Below are positions 27,780-40,254 of a DNA stretch of 64,000 bases, piece after piece (within the stretch, counting starts at the first letter, position 1; the number at the start of each line of letters is the position of its first letter). A program made the position numbers and the translations under genes. The DNA comes from the human T2T-CHM13v2.0 reference genome, Homo sapiens: NCBI RefSeq assembly GCF_009914755.1, contig NC_060930.1. One strand, given 5' to 3'. The notes beneath the pieces are model-generated. The model ran no database searches, had not been told where the DNA came from, and worked only from the letters and a program-made list of their open reading frames with translations.

Positions 27780-28246
27780 TTACTTCTGCAAGTCCCTGGA
27801 TGTCTTTTCAAAAGCTGTATAATTTGTTTTTAAAACTGTATATTTCAAAGAATTTTCCTGAGGTTTTAGAATATTTTTAAATAAATGAATGCCTTACCTT
27901 GCCTATCACTAAACCTCAATATGTTTCTAAAATTAAAAAAAAAACAAAACAAAAACCCGGCCCTTCTCACATGGGTCAGCCCTGCATAACTGGAGCTGCT
28001 CTGGAAAGACCTTCTCTGCCACTTCTCCCTTGTCAGGTGCACTCCTGCCTGGGACAGGTGGGTGCAGAGCCTGGGGTGAGGGAAACAACCCTGTCTGACC
28101 TCTCTTCTCAGGAGTATGGGTCGCCAAGAGGCTGTGCCCTGTTCTCCTAGCCTAGGAGAGAACACTGGTGCAGGCCAGCAGCAGAGGAAGTGGCAGAGAG
28201 AATCTGCTGGGGTAGGGACATGAGATGGAAGCTGAGGGAAGACAGG

Positions 28247-28424
28247 GGCCTGCTGGGGAGAGGGGGTGAGCTGTAGCACCAGCCAGCATGACCAGCTTTT
28301 GGTGGCAAAATATTGAAAAGTTGCTTGTTTTCCTTTAATGAGCAAGTATTTATTGCATGTACCAGGGTGCCCGGCAGCCTACTTGGCGCTTTGGAGTACT
28401 GTATCTCTAAAGAGCAAACAAGGA
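28247..28424 (-). repeat. Right arm of the inverted duplication
   Basis: ggagagggggtgagctgtagcaccagccagcatgaccagct is the exact reverse complement of the block in the left arm. Confidence 0.93.
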
Positions 28425-29552
28425 ATAGGGGCCAGGCAGGGGAAGACAGGAGCCAGGTGTGGCAAGAGTCGGCCGCTTCAGGTCCAGGCTCTGACGTGAG
28501 TCAGCGGGGGTCAGGGGACCGCGGTTCTGTCCTCTATAGGATGGGCTGCTGAGATATGAGGGTGGAACCATTTACTATTGCAAAGTGCTTGCCGTCTGTG
28601 CCTGGTACAGTGGGAAGCACAGAGAAGCATTTGTGAGATAAATCAGCACCCTTGAACTCCGAAACAGCTAAGCCCAGCGAAGGCTGCCACAAGGGAGGGG
28701 GCAGAAAGACTTCCTTAGGAGACAGAGGGAAGAGAGCTGCCCACTCCATCCTTCTCCAGGGAAACTATTGCTCATTCTCCGCTCCTTAAGGCCCTGTTGG
28801 GGCACAAGGGCTGTCCTGGAACACGGTTGTGCTGCGGGAGGGGTTTGGACATCCAACTTCGGGACAAGAGCTGGAGGCGGCCCCAGGAGAGGAGCTCAGT
28901 TCGGGCAGCGGTGGCTGCTGAGTGGCCTCTCTGGCAGGTGGCCTTTTCCCATCTGCTATTGCTGGCCCCCTGCTGCTGCCGAGGTCCTCATAACACAGTG
29001 AGCAAGAACCAGGCTCTCGGGGAAACCGCACCTGCACCCTCGCAGTACATCTACTACCAGGGCAGGGGCGGGGGGCAGTACCACTAAGCCAAAAGGTAGG
29101 TGCTTTCTTCCCTCCCGGGCACCTGAGCAAAGGAAGCTCAGCTCCAGTGAACCCTTAAAGCAAGGACAAGACTGACTGCACGGCCAGAAATTTGGTTTTC
29201 ATTGTTGACTAAATAGTAGCAATACAGGGCCACATCCATGATCTACTTATGGGTAAGGTGAGAGTATCAGCATGGAGAGGGATGGGAAGGAAGGGAAAGG
29301 ATGAAAAACAGCATTTATAAAAAGGTAAAAGTATCATTTTTAGGGTCAACATCTCTCTATCCGTGGAGCAGTGTTTTCCAGTCTTGACTCAACATAAATT
29401 CCCTGGAGAGTTTTTAAAAAAAACCCAGTTGCCCAGGTCAAACCCCCTTTACCAGTGTGTTTAGTGTTCCCCCCGTACTGCCGGCAAAGCTAGCAGGTCA
29501 AAAGACTTAAGGTTACCCATAGTTCAAAAAGGCATATTAGACTGATATTGAG

Positions 29553-29776
29553 CAGGGGTGGGCAAGCTATTTTTTGTAAAGGACCAGATAGTAAATATTT
29601 TCAGCTTTATACCATACCAACCTGCTGCATCCACTCAACTCTGTGAATAGCCAGAAAGCAGCCACAGGTAATACCTATGTAAACACACGAGCATGGCTGT
29701 GTTCCAATAAAACTTTATTTACAAAAACAGACAGTGGGCCTGATGTGGCCCACAGGCTGAAGGTTGCCCACCCCTC
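29553..29776 (-). mobile_element. MER58A hAT-Charlie MITE
   Basis: caggggtgggcaa...ttgcccacccct termini and internal ggctgtgttccaataaaactttatttacaaaaacag. Confidence 0.88.
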
Positions 29777-30189
29777 GCCTAGAAGAGATAGGGGGACTTT
29801 TGTAAATCACTCCTTTAATATCTCCAAATCCCCCCTCCTAACACAAGACCTCCACCTCCCTGCAATCCATTCATAAAAATTCATGTCAGAATAACCCCGT
29901 GGGGTGGGTAGCAAGAAGGGGTGAGCCAGACTGGCCAGTGCATTTGCAGATTTTTGGAGCTGGGTGATGGGCTCATTCCACTCTTCTATTTTTGTGTATA
30001 TTTGAACAGTTTTCCAAGACAGAAAGTTTAAACAATAAAATTTTTTAAAAAGAGAGGAAAACCTTCTCAGACAGAACCACAAGCTGCAACTAGTGGGAAG
30101 TGTGGGGATTGTGTGTCCTGCCCGGGGCCGGGCCTTCAGGAAGCATGTGCAGTCGCACCAGCCCAGGGCGCTGTGCAGAGTGTACTCAC

Positions 30190-30358
30190 GACCAGTAGAG
30201 CAGCATGAGCAGGAAGGGGCAGATGATGAGGGCCTGCAGCACCTGCCAATCCCGGCACAGGGCGGCTAGCCCAGGCATGAGGAACTGGCCCGCCATGGCC
30301 ACGAAGCTCGCCACCATCGTAATCATGAACCGTTTTCCAGGGGGGCACAGCTCTATTC
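30190..30358 (-). CDS. SLC22A23: SLC22A23 internal coding exon (169 nt; exon 4 by recalled canonical numbering), encoding ...(R)IELCPPGKRFMITMVASFVAMAGQFLMPGLAALCRDWQVLQALIICPFLLMLLYW(S)
   Basis: Acceptor tctctctctcattggttctgtgttctAG|GA and donor TC|GTGAGT on the minus strand. The peptide has the SLC22/MFS E-x-x-P-x-x-x-R motif after TM4, two hydrophobic helices and an RDWQ motif. The 169-nt length is typical of this SLC22 exon. Phase 1 start and phase 2 end join in frame with the exon at 4646-4519. Confidence 0.95.
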
Positions 30359-31447
30359 CTAGAACACAGAACCAATGAGAGAGAGATGAGTGCCCTGCTC
30401 GACAGCCCGAGAAGTCCTGGGTGCACCTGGGCCAGTGCACTGCTTAACCCACCAACGACTGAAATTGTTTTCATCTGCTGCCCACCACAAGTGCCCTATG
30501 TGGTGTGCCAGTGTTTTACGGGCGCGTTGAGGCTCCAACTGGGAAGGGAAGTGAGACGGTTGTTCAAGGCCACAGGGCTAGTCGATGACGAAGGGATGCT
30601 ATAATTCAGAGGAGCTTAGCTCAGAAACCAGGAAATGGTACTGCCTATGGGACAGATCGCCCATTGTTCCTGCTTCCTCTGCTCTCCAGACGTCACTGAG
30701 CTTGCTGTCCAGCACGTTCCCCCCTCGTGCCCATCCTGTCGCCATTCCTTCCTGTCCATGATGCTGTATTAGGGGCCATCTCGACCTCTAGACAGGACAC
30801 CAGGCATGCCCATATACTCACTCCTACCCATATGCACCACCCACCCCTTCTTCTGGTTCTCACTCCAGGGCTCCTTGAGCACTCCGAGTTCCAGGCAACC
30901 TACTCACACTGTGAGACAGAGGGAGACTGAGCTAAGTCTCAGCTTATCTATTAAACAAGACAAAAACCAACAATAAGGCTGACTCAGATCATATAGCAAT
31001 GACCCTACCAGAAAGCCCCTTCTCCACGTGGGAGTTCTGTGGGCCACTGCAACACGGGTGAGTCATGCATCCTTTCTCTGTCTCTATTGGACACCACCCC
31101 CGGGCAAGGCCCATGTCTAATTCATCTTTGTAGCTCCAAAACCAAAAACAGTGTCTATTTTCAACAAATGACCACGGCCCCTCTTATTTGCAAGAATCTA
31201 TTCTTTTACTTTGACCTTGAGTCAAAAAGATGATCAGAAAACTTTAATCTGTGGCACCCAAGTGACAACCAATACAGACTTACTACTACGTGAATCACCA
31301 TAATGAAAGCCCTTTATAGTAGAAAAAGCAGCTGGGTTTTATATATATTATTTTCCCTACAGAGCATGTACATTTATTTGTGATTCTCCGGCAATATGCA
31401 GTATTCTCTAAAGGCTTCTTGCTTGCTTGCTCTTTCAAACATAAGGT

Positions 31448-31500
31448 AAGAAGAAGAAGGGGAAGGAGGAGGAGGGGGAAGAAGAAGAAGAGGAAGAAGA
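31448..31500. repeat. Polypurine (GAA/GGA) tract with mirror symmetry
   Basis: aagaagaagaaggggaaggaggaggagggggaagaagaagaa reads nearly the same backwards. Confidence 0.85.
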
Positions 31501-32664
31501 CAGACCCTTCGGAGAGAACACTTTTTATGCCTGTGTGTTGGAGGCTGTTTGGATGGTGGGCTTCATGGATCAGCTGTGACAGCTCATCTGCTGGGTGTCT
31601 AGAGACCACAGCAGAGGTAGGAGGTCAGAAGGCAATAAGGGAAGCAGACTAGAGAGAGTACAGATGAATTATGCTTGGCTACAAGGATATTACCAGCCCT
31701 AACAAGGAGAGGGCACCATGCCAGCCAATTCCTACAGCAGCTCATCTGCTGGAAAAAAATAATAATGCCATCAGAATTTCCATTGCTGCTCAGCCACAAG
31801 CAAACAGATCATCATCATAGCTATCAGTGAACAAGAGAGAAACCAGATTTCACTGATTATTGCTTATAAAGAGGTTTCTACCATTTAATTAGGAAAACAA
31901 GATTAAATGGCTCACTCTCAGCCATTTGCTGCAATGCTGTTCCTTTTGGTACCATAGGTCAGGTTCACTTAAAAGATCACTACCTAGCAGGGTCCAGATC
32001 TGGCATTTCTGCTCTCAAAAATAATAAAGAAAAATAGGTCTTTTAAGAAAAGACTAACAGTTGTAGGTCTTGTTTTCATTTATTAAGCACAAGCAGTAAA
32101 TTGGCTGCTATGGAAACCAGAAATCTATATTAGCCACGGTAAATTCAGTGTTGGAAGCTCAGCATGGGCTAGTATCAGATAAGGAAATTCAGCACTTGGC
32201 CATCCAGGTAACCTTTAAACAAAGTCAAAGAGATAATGTGGAAACAGCATGATGGCGTCGTATCAGTGGTTTGCTGGTACAGCAGACATATATTGCTTGC
32301 TGTTTTTCTCTTCAATACCTCTCTTTAGTGACATGATACAATGAAAATATCTGCAACTACACTTCTTTTACCAGAGTCTCCCTTTGGGATGTCTAACCCC
32401 ACATCCTAATCTACACTGATGTGATGTCACACAAGGGATCATGAGGCCACTTCCCAGACCAGGTTCTAGGTTTGCGGATGAGCAGGGAAAATGCTCCCTT
32501 GCTGGACCAGTCTGGCTTCAGTCTCCTCTTGCTACAAGTGAGTTGCTGTGGCTGGCACATCTCTTAGTGTGACTGTCAATATGACAATTATTAAATGGTC
32601 ATAGCTTTTCCTCCAAAGGTTGTCTCAATCCTCTCCTGTAAACAAGTGGTCGGCGTGGCCCCTA

Positions 32665-32828
32665 ACCCTTTGCTGCCTGAAGTGTAGCGTGTGAACCTGC
32701 TGTGTCGGTATCGCATGCGATCACATGCGAGCTTGTTAGAAATGCAGCATCTTAGGCCCCACCCAGACCTAGAGAATCAGCATCTGCATCTTAATGAGCT
32801 CCCCAGACAACTCCTTGAGAAGCACTGG
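32665..32828. mobile_element. MER5A-family MITE
   Basis: gagcttgttagaaatgcagcatcttaggccccacccagacct...gaatcagcatctgcat...ttgagaagcactg. Confidence 0.75.
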
Positions 32829-33325
32829 CTCACCGCATTTCTCCAAAACTGTAAGCATGTTTTGCCTCACAGACATATCGGTGGGAGCTGGAGAAGTGGA
32901 ATAATTTTCTGACCTCTCCACTCCTTCTGTTTTTGCTAGGAATCCTAGCAGAGCCTTGACTTTATTTCAGCAGGTAGAAAAATGCAGAGCACTCCAGCAG
33001 AGACTTGGTATTTTAGCATTGCTGCCTAGGCAATGGAAAAACACAGCGGCTTGATGTAAGGACACAGGTATGGCCATCTGCAGTTAACTACCTTTTTTTG
33101 TCTTGACTCACCAGTAAATCTTTCCAAACTGCTTGAATCTAACTATATTCTGAAGGTGGCTATAAAGATGTTTTTGTAAAAGAAAGCAATGATTAAGAAA
33201 CTGCAGGCACTTGAGGATTGCCATTAATCACAAGTTTCTCTGGAAGATGACAAATCAGTTTTTTTGGAAGTGGGAGAGGAAAGAACACATGAGGACATTT
33301 CAGCCTTGAGTCCCGGCATCCATCA

Positions 33326-33469
33326 GGAGGGACGGGGACTGCAGGTGGATCGTTTCTGCTGGGAGGGACGGGGACTGCAGGTGGATCGTTTCTGCTGGGA
33401 GGGACGGGGACTGCAGGTGGATCGTTTCTGCTGGGAGGGACGGGGACTGCAGGTGGATAGTTTTTGCTG
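33326..33469. repeat. 36-bp minisatellite, 4 copies (ggagggacggggactgcaggtggatcgtttctgctg)
   Basis: Units at 33326, 33362 and 33398 are identical; the unit at 33434 has two substitutions. Confidence 0.95.
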
Positions 33470-33874
33470 GGCTCTGCAAGCAGAAGCATTTGGTGCAGCA
33501 GCTCCCACACCTTGAAGATGGTTCCAGTCGCCTGGCCAGGGGCCACTGGCCTTGGGCTTGAAAGGCAGGGAATGATGTCCCCAATCCAACTGCCCCTTCA
33601 GGGCCTGGCTACTGTGGAGAGTAGATCACTCACAGGCAGGTGTCCACAGTGCCCGTGGAAGACCTTGGCTGGCAGCTGTGTCCCGGTACTTACTAGAATC
33701 AATTTCTTTGCCAATGGAACCAAACCCAAATCCTTTTAGTAGATTTTCATTCATGGGCAGCCAGACTCTCCCTGATTATGTAAAACATTTAAGGGCCACA
33801 AGAAAGTATCTTGGGTGATGCATCAAAGATTCAAACATTAAACTATCTCAAGTGGCCAGCATGTAGCACTTCCA

Positions 33875-34050
33875 CTGCTGTGGTTAAAAGCCTGGACTCC
33901 GTAGCTAGAGTGCCCAAGTTCAAATCCTGCTCCTGGTACATAGAAGCTGTGACCTTGGTTCAGTCAGTTAGGAGTTCTGTGCCTCAGTTTTTTTGTCTGC
34001 AAAATGGGGTGTTGTGAGCACTAAACAGCATATAGTGCTAGAACATAGGT
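33875..34050 (+). mobile_element. MIR
   Basis: gttcaaatcctgctcc...gctgtgaccttgg...tctgtgcctcagttt...tctgcaaaatgggg. Confidence 0.7.
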
Positions 34051-34074
34051 GCTATGTGTTACAATCTCGTGCAT

Positions 34075-34369
34075 TATTTTTCCAGATTTTGGAATACTTG
34101 CATATACATAACGAGATATCTTGGGCAAGGGACCCAAGTCTAAAAACAAAATTCATTTATGTTTCATATAAATCTTATATACATAGCCTGAAGGTAATTT
34201 TATATGAGATTTTGAATAATTTTGTGCATGAAACAAAGTTTTGACTGAGACCCATCATATAAGGTCATGTGTGAAATTTTCTACTTGTGGTGTCATTTAG
34301 GTGCTCAAAAAGTTTCAGATTCTAGAGCATTTCAGATTTCAGATGTTCTGATTAGGGATGCCCAACCTG
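34075..34369 (+). mobile_element. Tigger4b (Zombi_B) fossil, 5'-truncated
   Basis: gagatatcttgggcaagggacccaagtcta...catagcctgaaggtaatttta...gattagggatgcccaacctg. Confidence 0.82.
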
Positions 34370-34814
34370 CATAACAATATAATTATTGCCAAGTCGCTCA
34401 TTGGTCTCATTCGACATGGTGAGATCCTGTCTCTAAAAAACAACCAACCAAACAAACAACCGTTACTTTTCCCCTAACACCTTAATGAAGAATGCTTACA
34501 AGCTACTCTTGGCAACTAGATATACTTTGTCGATAAGCAGAGAGATTACTGAGGGTTGTGAGAATGAAACAGTACGTAGCTGAGACTGAACTGAGGCATT
34601 TGTTTAGTGAATCAACAGGGACCATGACTAAGTCTGAGCACAGAGGCCGCCCGGAGGCTTTGATAGAAAAGTGGCATTGTTAGGAGGCCACAGCTCTGGG
34701 AGATACGCTTTTCGGAAGTCGTCAGATTCTTACAAATTTTCAGGAGGAAAAGCACATTGCGCTTCCCAGGGTAGACACTTTATGTGACGGAGGAGGAAGG
34801 CCTGAGGGAGTGGG

Positions 34815-35178
34815 GTGTGGGGGTTTGATGTGTCACGTGGCGGGGCTGCAGTCTTAGGCATTTGCTCAAACAGGAACCCCGGTGCTGCCAGGAGAGAGCT
34901 GACTTTGAGCGAGGGGCTTCTAGATAATTTGGGTGGGTCTCGCCTCATCTGTTGAAAGACCTGAACATAGGGCCGAGGCTTCCTTGAGGAGGAAGAAGAT
35001 TCCACCTGTGGACGGCAGTGCCCGCCCCCATGCCCTGGAGTCCTGATGGCTGGCCCTCCCGCTGGCCCCTCATGGATGTCAGCCTGGCCACCCCTCACAG
35101 TCGTGTGGGCCAATTCCTCGCAGAAAATCTCTAAATATCTCCTGTTGTTTCCTCTTCTCTGGTTGAACTCTGAGGCGG
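34815..35178 (+). mobile_element. MLT2-family ERVL LTR (degenerate)
   Basis: ataatttgggtgggtctc...gaagattccacctgtggac...gccaattcct...aaatatctcct...tctctggttgaactctga. Confidence 0.6.
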
Positions 35179-37364
35179 AGGTCAGGAGGTCCTGCCCATC
35201 ACACAGGCTCACACGAGGCCTCCCGTGAAGCCCATCTCCGAAGCTGCACCCCCTCCCTCCCCTTCTTACTCCCCACTCTCTCATCCTGTCCCTGCTTCTC
35301 TTCCCCGGCCAGCCTGGACCAGGTCCCAGCCTCACAGGGCACTGCCAAGCTCAAGGGACCGTCTGTCAAAACACTGCAGCACCCAGGGAGGAGCCCCAGG
35401 GAGCACGCAAAGGTCCGAGCTGTGCTACTGAGCAGGGCTTGGCCCCAGCTCCAGCGGCTAAGGCATCTGCCCACCAGAAATACCAGGGGTGGCCAAAGTT
35501 TTAACATTCTCCCCCCACCTCCCTCATCCCCCACAAACACACACACCGATCTAACTGTTCATTGGATTCAGTGATTATAAATAAAATTTTAAAAACCTTT
35601 TGAAGCCAATCTTTGAAAAAAAAAGGCCCATCCTCCCATAATGCACAAATGAATAAAACACAACACTTATTCTTCCTTAAATACGTTTAAGAAACTCTTG
35701 AATGCTTATGACCATAGAGAGAATATACATTTTCTTGGGATTGCTAAGTGCTCCTGGCTTCTCTGAAATGAGAGTACAGGATTTTTCTGGACTGGAGTTG
35801 GCAAGTAACAAAGGAATATATTAAGTTGACTGACAATACTTAAGCCAGAGGACAGGAATTCACAGAATTGTGCCCGCGGAACAAAGCGTGCCATGCAGGG
35901 TATGGGATGAGGCGCCCGCTCTGGCCTAGAGGTGGGGGTTAGATTCCTCCCCGGCCTCTGCTGGGCGGTGTGAAGTTACTCAGCCGCTCTGAGCCTGTGT
36001 CCTTGCAGCCAAGGTAGGTAACGATCGTACCTACCACATGAGGTGGTCATGAGAAAACGACACTCACGAAGCACTCGAGCGCACCTGGCTCATACTGAAG
36101 CCACGGAAGGCTTCCTATGTGTCGCTGGCCTCACAGACATGAGGCCACCCTGCTAAGCTGCCCCGGGCACTCTGCAGGCCCAAGGCCACTCTCGGGACAG
36201 GGCAAGTCTGCACAACTCACTGGCAGAGGGAGGTGAGACGGGCTCAGGAAAGGACAGCGTCTGCCCACACTGCTCAGGCTCCTAAATTAAACACAATTCC
36301 TGGAACAGGCCTGCGGAACGAGAAATCCTTCCAGAGGCCACTGCTGAACGGCCCGGCCATCCTCTCCCAAGGGGAAGCCTCTGCGAAGGCCGACTGGGCC
36401 ACTAGGACACCGGGGCTTGGGGATCCCACCGCCCTGCCCAGCCCCAGAACACACAGGATTCAAAGAGGCCACTTCTCCAAACCCGCTGTCCTTACAAGTG
36501 GATCACCCCTCTCCTCCCCTCTCCCAGCCCTCCTCCATCATCCAATAGACTAGAAGCCCATTTCCACCAGCAGCGGGAAAATGTGGAAAGGAAGGAGGTG
36601 CAGTTTTCTCAACAGAGACTGGAGGGCTGGCCATGCTGCCTGCCTCGCTGGGCTTCCACCAACCTGGTTCAGGCTTGGCCCTAAGCTGCTGACACCCACC
36701 TGGAGACCACCACAGTCCTCTGAAGACAGCCCCATCATCCTGGACTGCGCCCCTCCCTGGCAAAGTGGAGAACTGCAGGGAGCTTCCTCTTACTCGCTGG
36801 CCTCACCATCTCCCAGACCACCATGCGAGCCTCTCTCCTCTTCCCTGCACCCTCCCTCCTTCCTGTCACTCCCCAAGTGGGCCTGGAAGTGAACACACCA
36901 CTCAATAATTACTGCCACAGGCAAGGACGCATGGCCCCCAGAATCCTGGAAAATAGACTTTGGGACATGTGATTGTGGAATTCCTTATTATAGCAGAAGG
37001 GCCTGAAATTGCCAGTCATGGAGACCCAAATAGCATTTGAGGGTATTCCTGTAAAAGCTTGCCATTACAGCTCTACATCTCCCCTTCCGCGTGGAAGGCG
37101 TCCTCTTTCCTCTTAACTTAGGATCTGCCAACCCAAAGTAATGGTCAGAAGAATCTGAAAGAGTAGTTTTCTCCATTTAGAGAAAGGGAAAATTTTAAAA
37201 AACAGAGAAATTTTAAGTATTTCTTACAAATCACATTCCAGTGTCTGCCAGACATGTAGACATAGGCATTAAATGCTCAAATGCAGAAATACTGAATTAA
37301 CTACCAATTGAATACCTATCATGTCTGCACTACTAGGCGAAGTAACAGCTCTCACTTGCTGAAA

Positions 37365-37545
37365 GCTAAATGCTTTGGGAGGTATTTTTCCTGTGTTAAA
37401 TTCATTTAATCTGCACAATGACTGTATTATGTAGGTATTGTTTTTAATGCTCATTTTACATGAGAGGACCCTGAAACTCAGGGTGATTAAGGGACTGGTC
37501 CAAGATCCCACAGTTAAGAAATAAACAAGATGGGAGCTGAAGCCA
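37365..37545 (-). mobile_element. MIR
   Basis: aattcatttaatctgcacaat...cattttacatgagagg...gtccaagatcccacagttaag. Confidence 0.65.
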
Positions 37546-38839
37546 GCTTCCCCTGTATTACCCCATATCTCTGCTGCAGGCAGAAGCTATCTTCAGGTAT
37601 GGCCTCCTCTGTGCCCCACCAGAATCTAAGCTCCAAGGAGGGAAGGGCTTTTCAGGTTTTGCCTACTGCTGCTCCTCAGAGCCTAGGACTGTGCCTGACA
37701 CACACCAGAAGCTCAGATACTTGTCGCATGAATAAATGTGAACATTTTTTCCTCCCTAGTTCAGTCACTTTACCAGTGCCCCCCAATCAATTATAGTCAC
37801 CATGGAAGAGACTGGCCAGTGACTCTGTAGAAGCTGGCCCGGCACCCTACGTGGGAACTCATCAAAGTCCACATCATGGTTCTATATATTTATATGTGGA
37901 TAATAATTTGAGGAAAATCAACCATAAAACCAAACATGAGCCACAGAGTTCAGTTTCTTTTCAGATTTTACTACCTTCTGTTTTTTCTTTAAAACTAACA
38001 TTATAATGACTCAAATGAGGAACAGGGATTTGAATGCTCAGCAATCTCTTCTGTGTAAAAACAAAGACTGATGCTCAGCAGCACATGCTTAAGAATTTAA
38101 ATTAATGACACTTTCAGTCTCCTAGTATTTAAAAACAGCAGAGAAAGCCAAGGAGAGGAACGACTTCAAACATCAGAATCCCCTCCCATCCACTGGAATT
38201 CTTTCCTTTCAGGTCTGTTGTTCATTGTCAAGCTAACTGAAGGAGCAGAGACGGGACAGGGTGGCTTTAAGGTGGAGAGCACAGCTTACCACCCAGGTTT
38301 TCCAACAACCAGTTCCAAAGTGACAATTCCCAATCCTCAGTTTTTCTGGTGCTATCCATTCTACGGATCAAAATCATACGCAGTGAGTGACCATGTTTGT
38401 AGAATTATATCACGCTTTTGAGCAAATGGAGCCTCACAGGCCTTCAGATTTGAAACCTCCGAGGCATGTGGCCAAACAGCCGAGCCCTAAATTACTTCAA
38501 GCTCTGTCCCATAACAGCATGCTCTCAGTTCCCCAGCTGTCGGAGGGCAGGGAAGATGATCTGACTTTTATTTCTCATCATCAGTGTCATCATCAATTGT
38601 CATTATTTTATGAGCTTGGCAAGCAATCAGGGAATCAGGGGCTGGGCGTATGGTAAACAGAATAGATCTCAATACCAGTTCACAGCATCACTACTGTGTG
38701 ACATCTAGTAATAGTAAATATATTTTACTCTTTGGCATAATACTTCTAAATAGAGAAGAATTATTAGCAACTTAGTCTTTCCAAGTAAGTCTTCTTTTCT
38801 CTTCTTCTCTCATTTTCCCATCTTCTCTTGCATCTGGAT

Positions 38840-39610
38840 TTAAAAACACTTTTCTTTTGAATGTTCATATATTCACAAAGAAGAGAGAATCATGTCATGA
38901 ATATTTTGGATATGTTGCCCTTTTGGTTCTTCTGCCTCTTTCCCTCTCTTCTCTGTAATATTTTAAATCAGATTCCTGAAATCATGTCATTCTACTTTTA
39001 AATACAAATATGTCTCTCCTAAAAAAGACATTTTCACATCTAACAAAATTAACAATAATTCTTTAATATTATTCAATATCTAGTCTGTGTCCAACCTACT
39101 CAATTACTTCAAAAAAGTCTCTTTATAGTTTTTTTTTTAAATCAGGATCCAAACAAGATCCACATATTACATATCTTAATTCTCCTTCAGTCTAGAGCAG
39201 ACTTCCCCCGACCCTCTTTCCCCATGGAACTTGAAGAAACCGCTGGTTTTATGTGACTGTCCCGTGATGTCGTTCACATGTTCCTTCATGCCCTGGTTTA
39301 ATCTCTAAACTGGAAGCTCCACCTAATGTCTGGTGAGACCCAGGTTCAGGTTTTTGGAAGAGCGTATCGCAGCTGGTGCCTGTGCGTCACGGTGCTGCCC
39401 CGCAGGAGGTCACCTACTGGGAATGACGCTACCACTGACCCATGGAGCAAAGCGGCGGCGCCTCAGCCTCCCATCCTAGAGTTGTTCACCAACATTTTCC
39501 CTAAAGGTTTTGTAGGGAGTGCAAAATGGTGATCTGATTTTCTAATTCCATCCTTCACTGTATACTGTTTTCACCTTGAATTACTTTGGAAGGAAGAACT
39601 TGTATTCAGC
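38840..39610 (-). mobile_element. Old L1M (L1MC-like) 3' fragment
   Basis: AT-rich reverse L1 3' UTR features (aaattaacaataattctttaatatt...aatcaggatccaaacaagatccacatatt). Confidence 0.55.
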
Positions 39611-40072
39611 AACAAGGGCCAGCTCTTTGCCCTGAAATACGGTCAGTTCAGAAGAGGCAGCATCATAAAATCACAATCACTCTGGGTGATAGCTAATTTC
39701 ACACCACACGTGCCCCTCCAAGGGCTCCTGTTCCACTCAGAGTGAAAGCAAAGTCTTTCACAGTGACCCATGTGATTTCCACCCCTCCCGCATCCCTCAG
39801 ACCACATCACCTGCCCCTCCCCGCCCCATCGCTCCACTTCAGCCACACTGGCCTCCCTGCTGCTCCTCTAACCCAGCAAGCACACCCCCCTTCTGGGCTG
39901 TGCACTCCCCGTCTGTCCTCCCCAGGGAGTTGCATATCTCCCTCCTCCTTTTCTCAGGTCTCTAAGAGCCATCTTGCCCAGAAGCTTTGCCCTGACCATG
40001 CTATATAAAATAGTAATCCCTGCCCTCTTGCTTCCCCATGTTGCGACCACACAGAGGAGAGTGCCTCCCCGA

Positions 40073-40254
40073 CAGTGGTTTGCAAGTGTGGCCCCAGACC
40101 TGCAGCAGCAGCCTCACCTGGGGCCACCACCTCAGAAACACAGAGTCGGGGCCCTTCTCAGTCCTACTGTATCAGAAACTGAGGCTGGGAACAGCAATCT
40201 GTGTCAACAAGCTGTGCAGTAATTCTGATGCTGGCTCCAGCTGAAGAACCACTG
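40073..40254. mobile_element. MER5A MITE
   Basis: cagtggtttgcaagtgtggccccagacc...atcagaaactgagg...gaagaaccactg; terminal inverted repeats present. Confidence 0.82.

Noticed and set aside
30359-30440. N-terminal part of ORF 30186..30440 (MHWPRCTQ...)
   Set aside because: It lies upstream of the acceptor AG at 30360-30359, so it is intronic read-through. Only 30358-30190 is exon.
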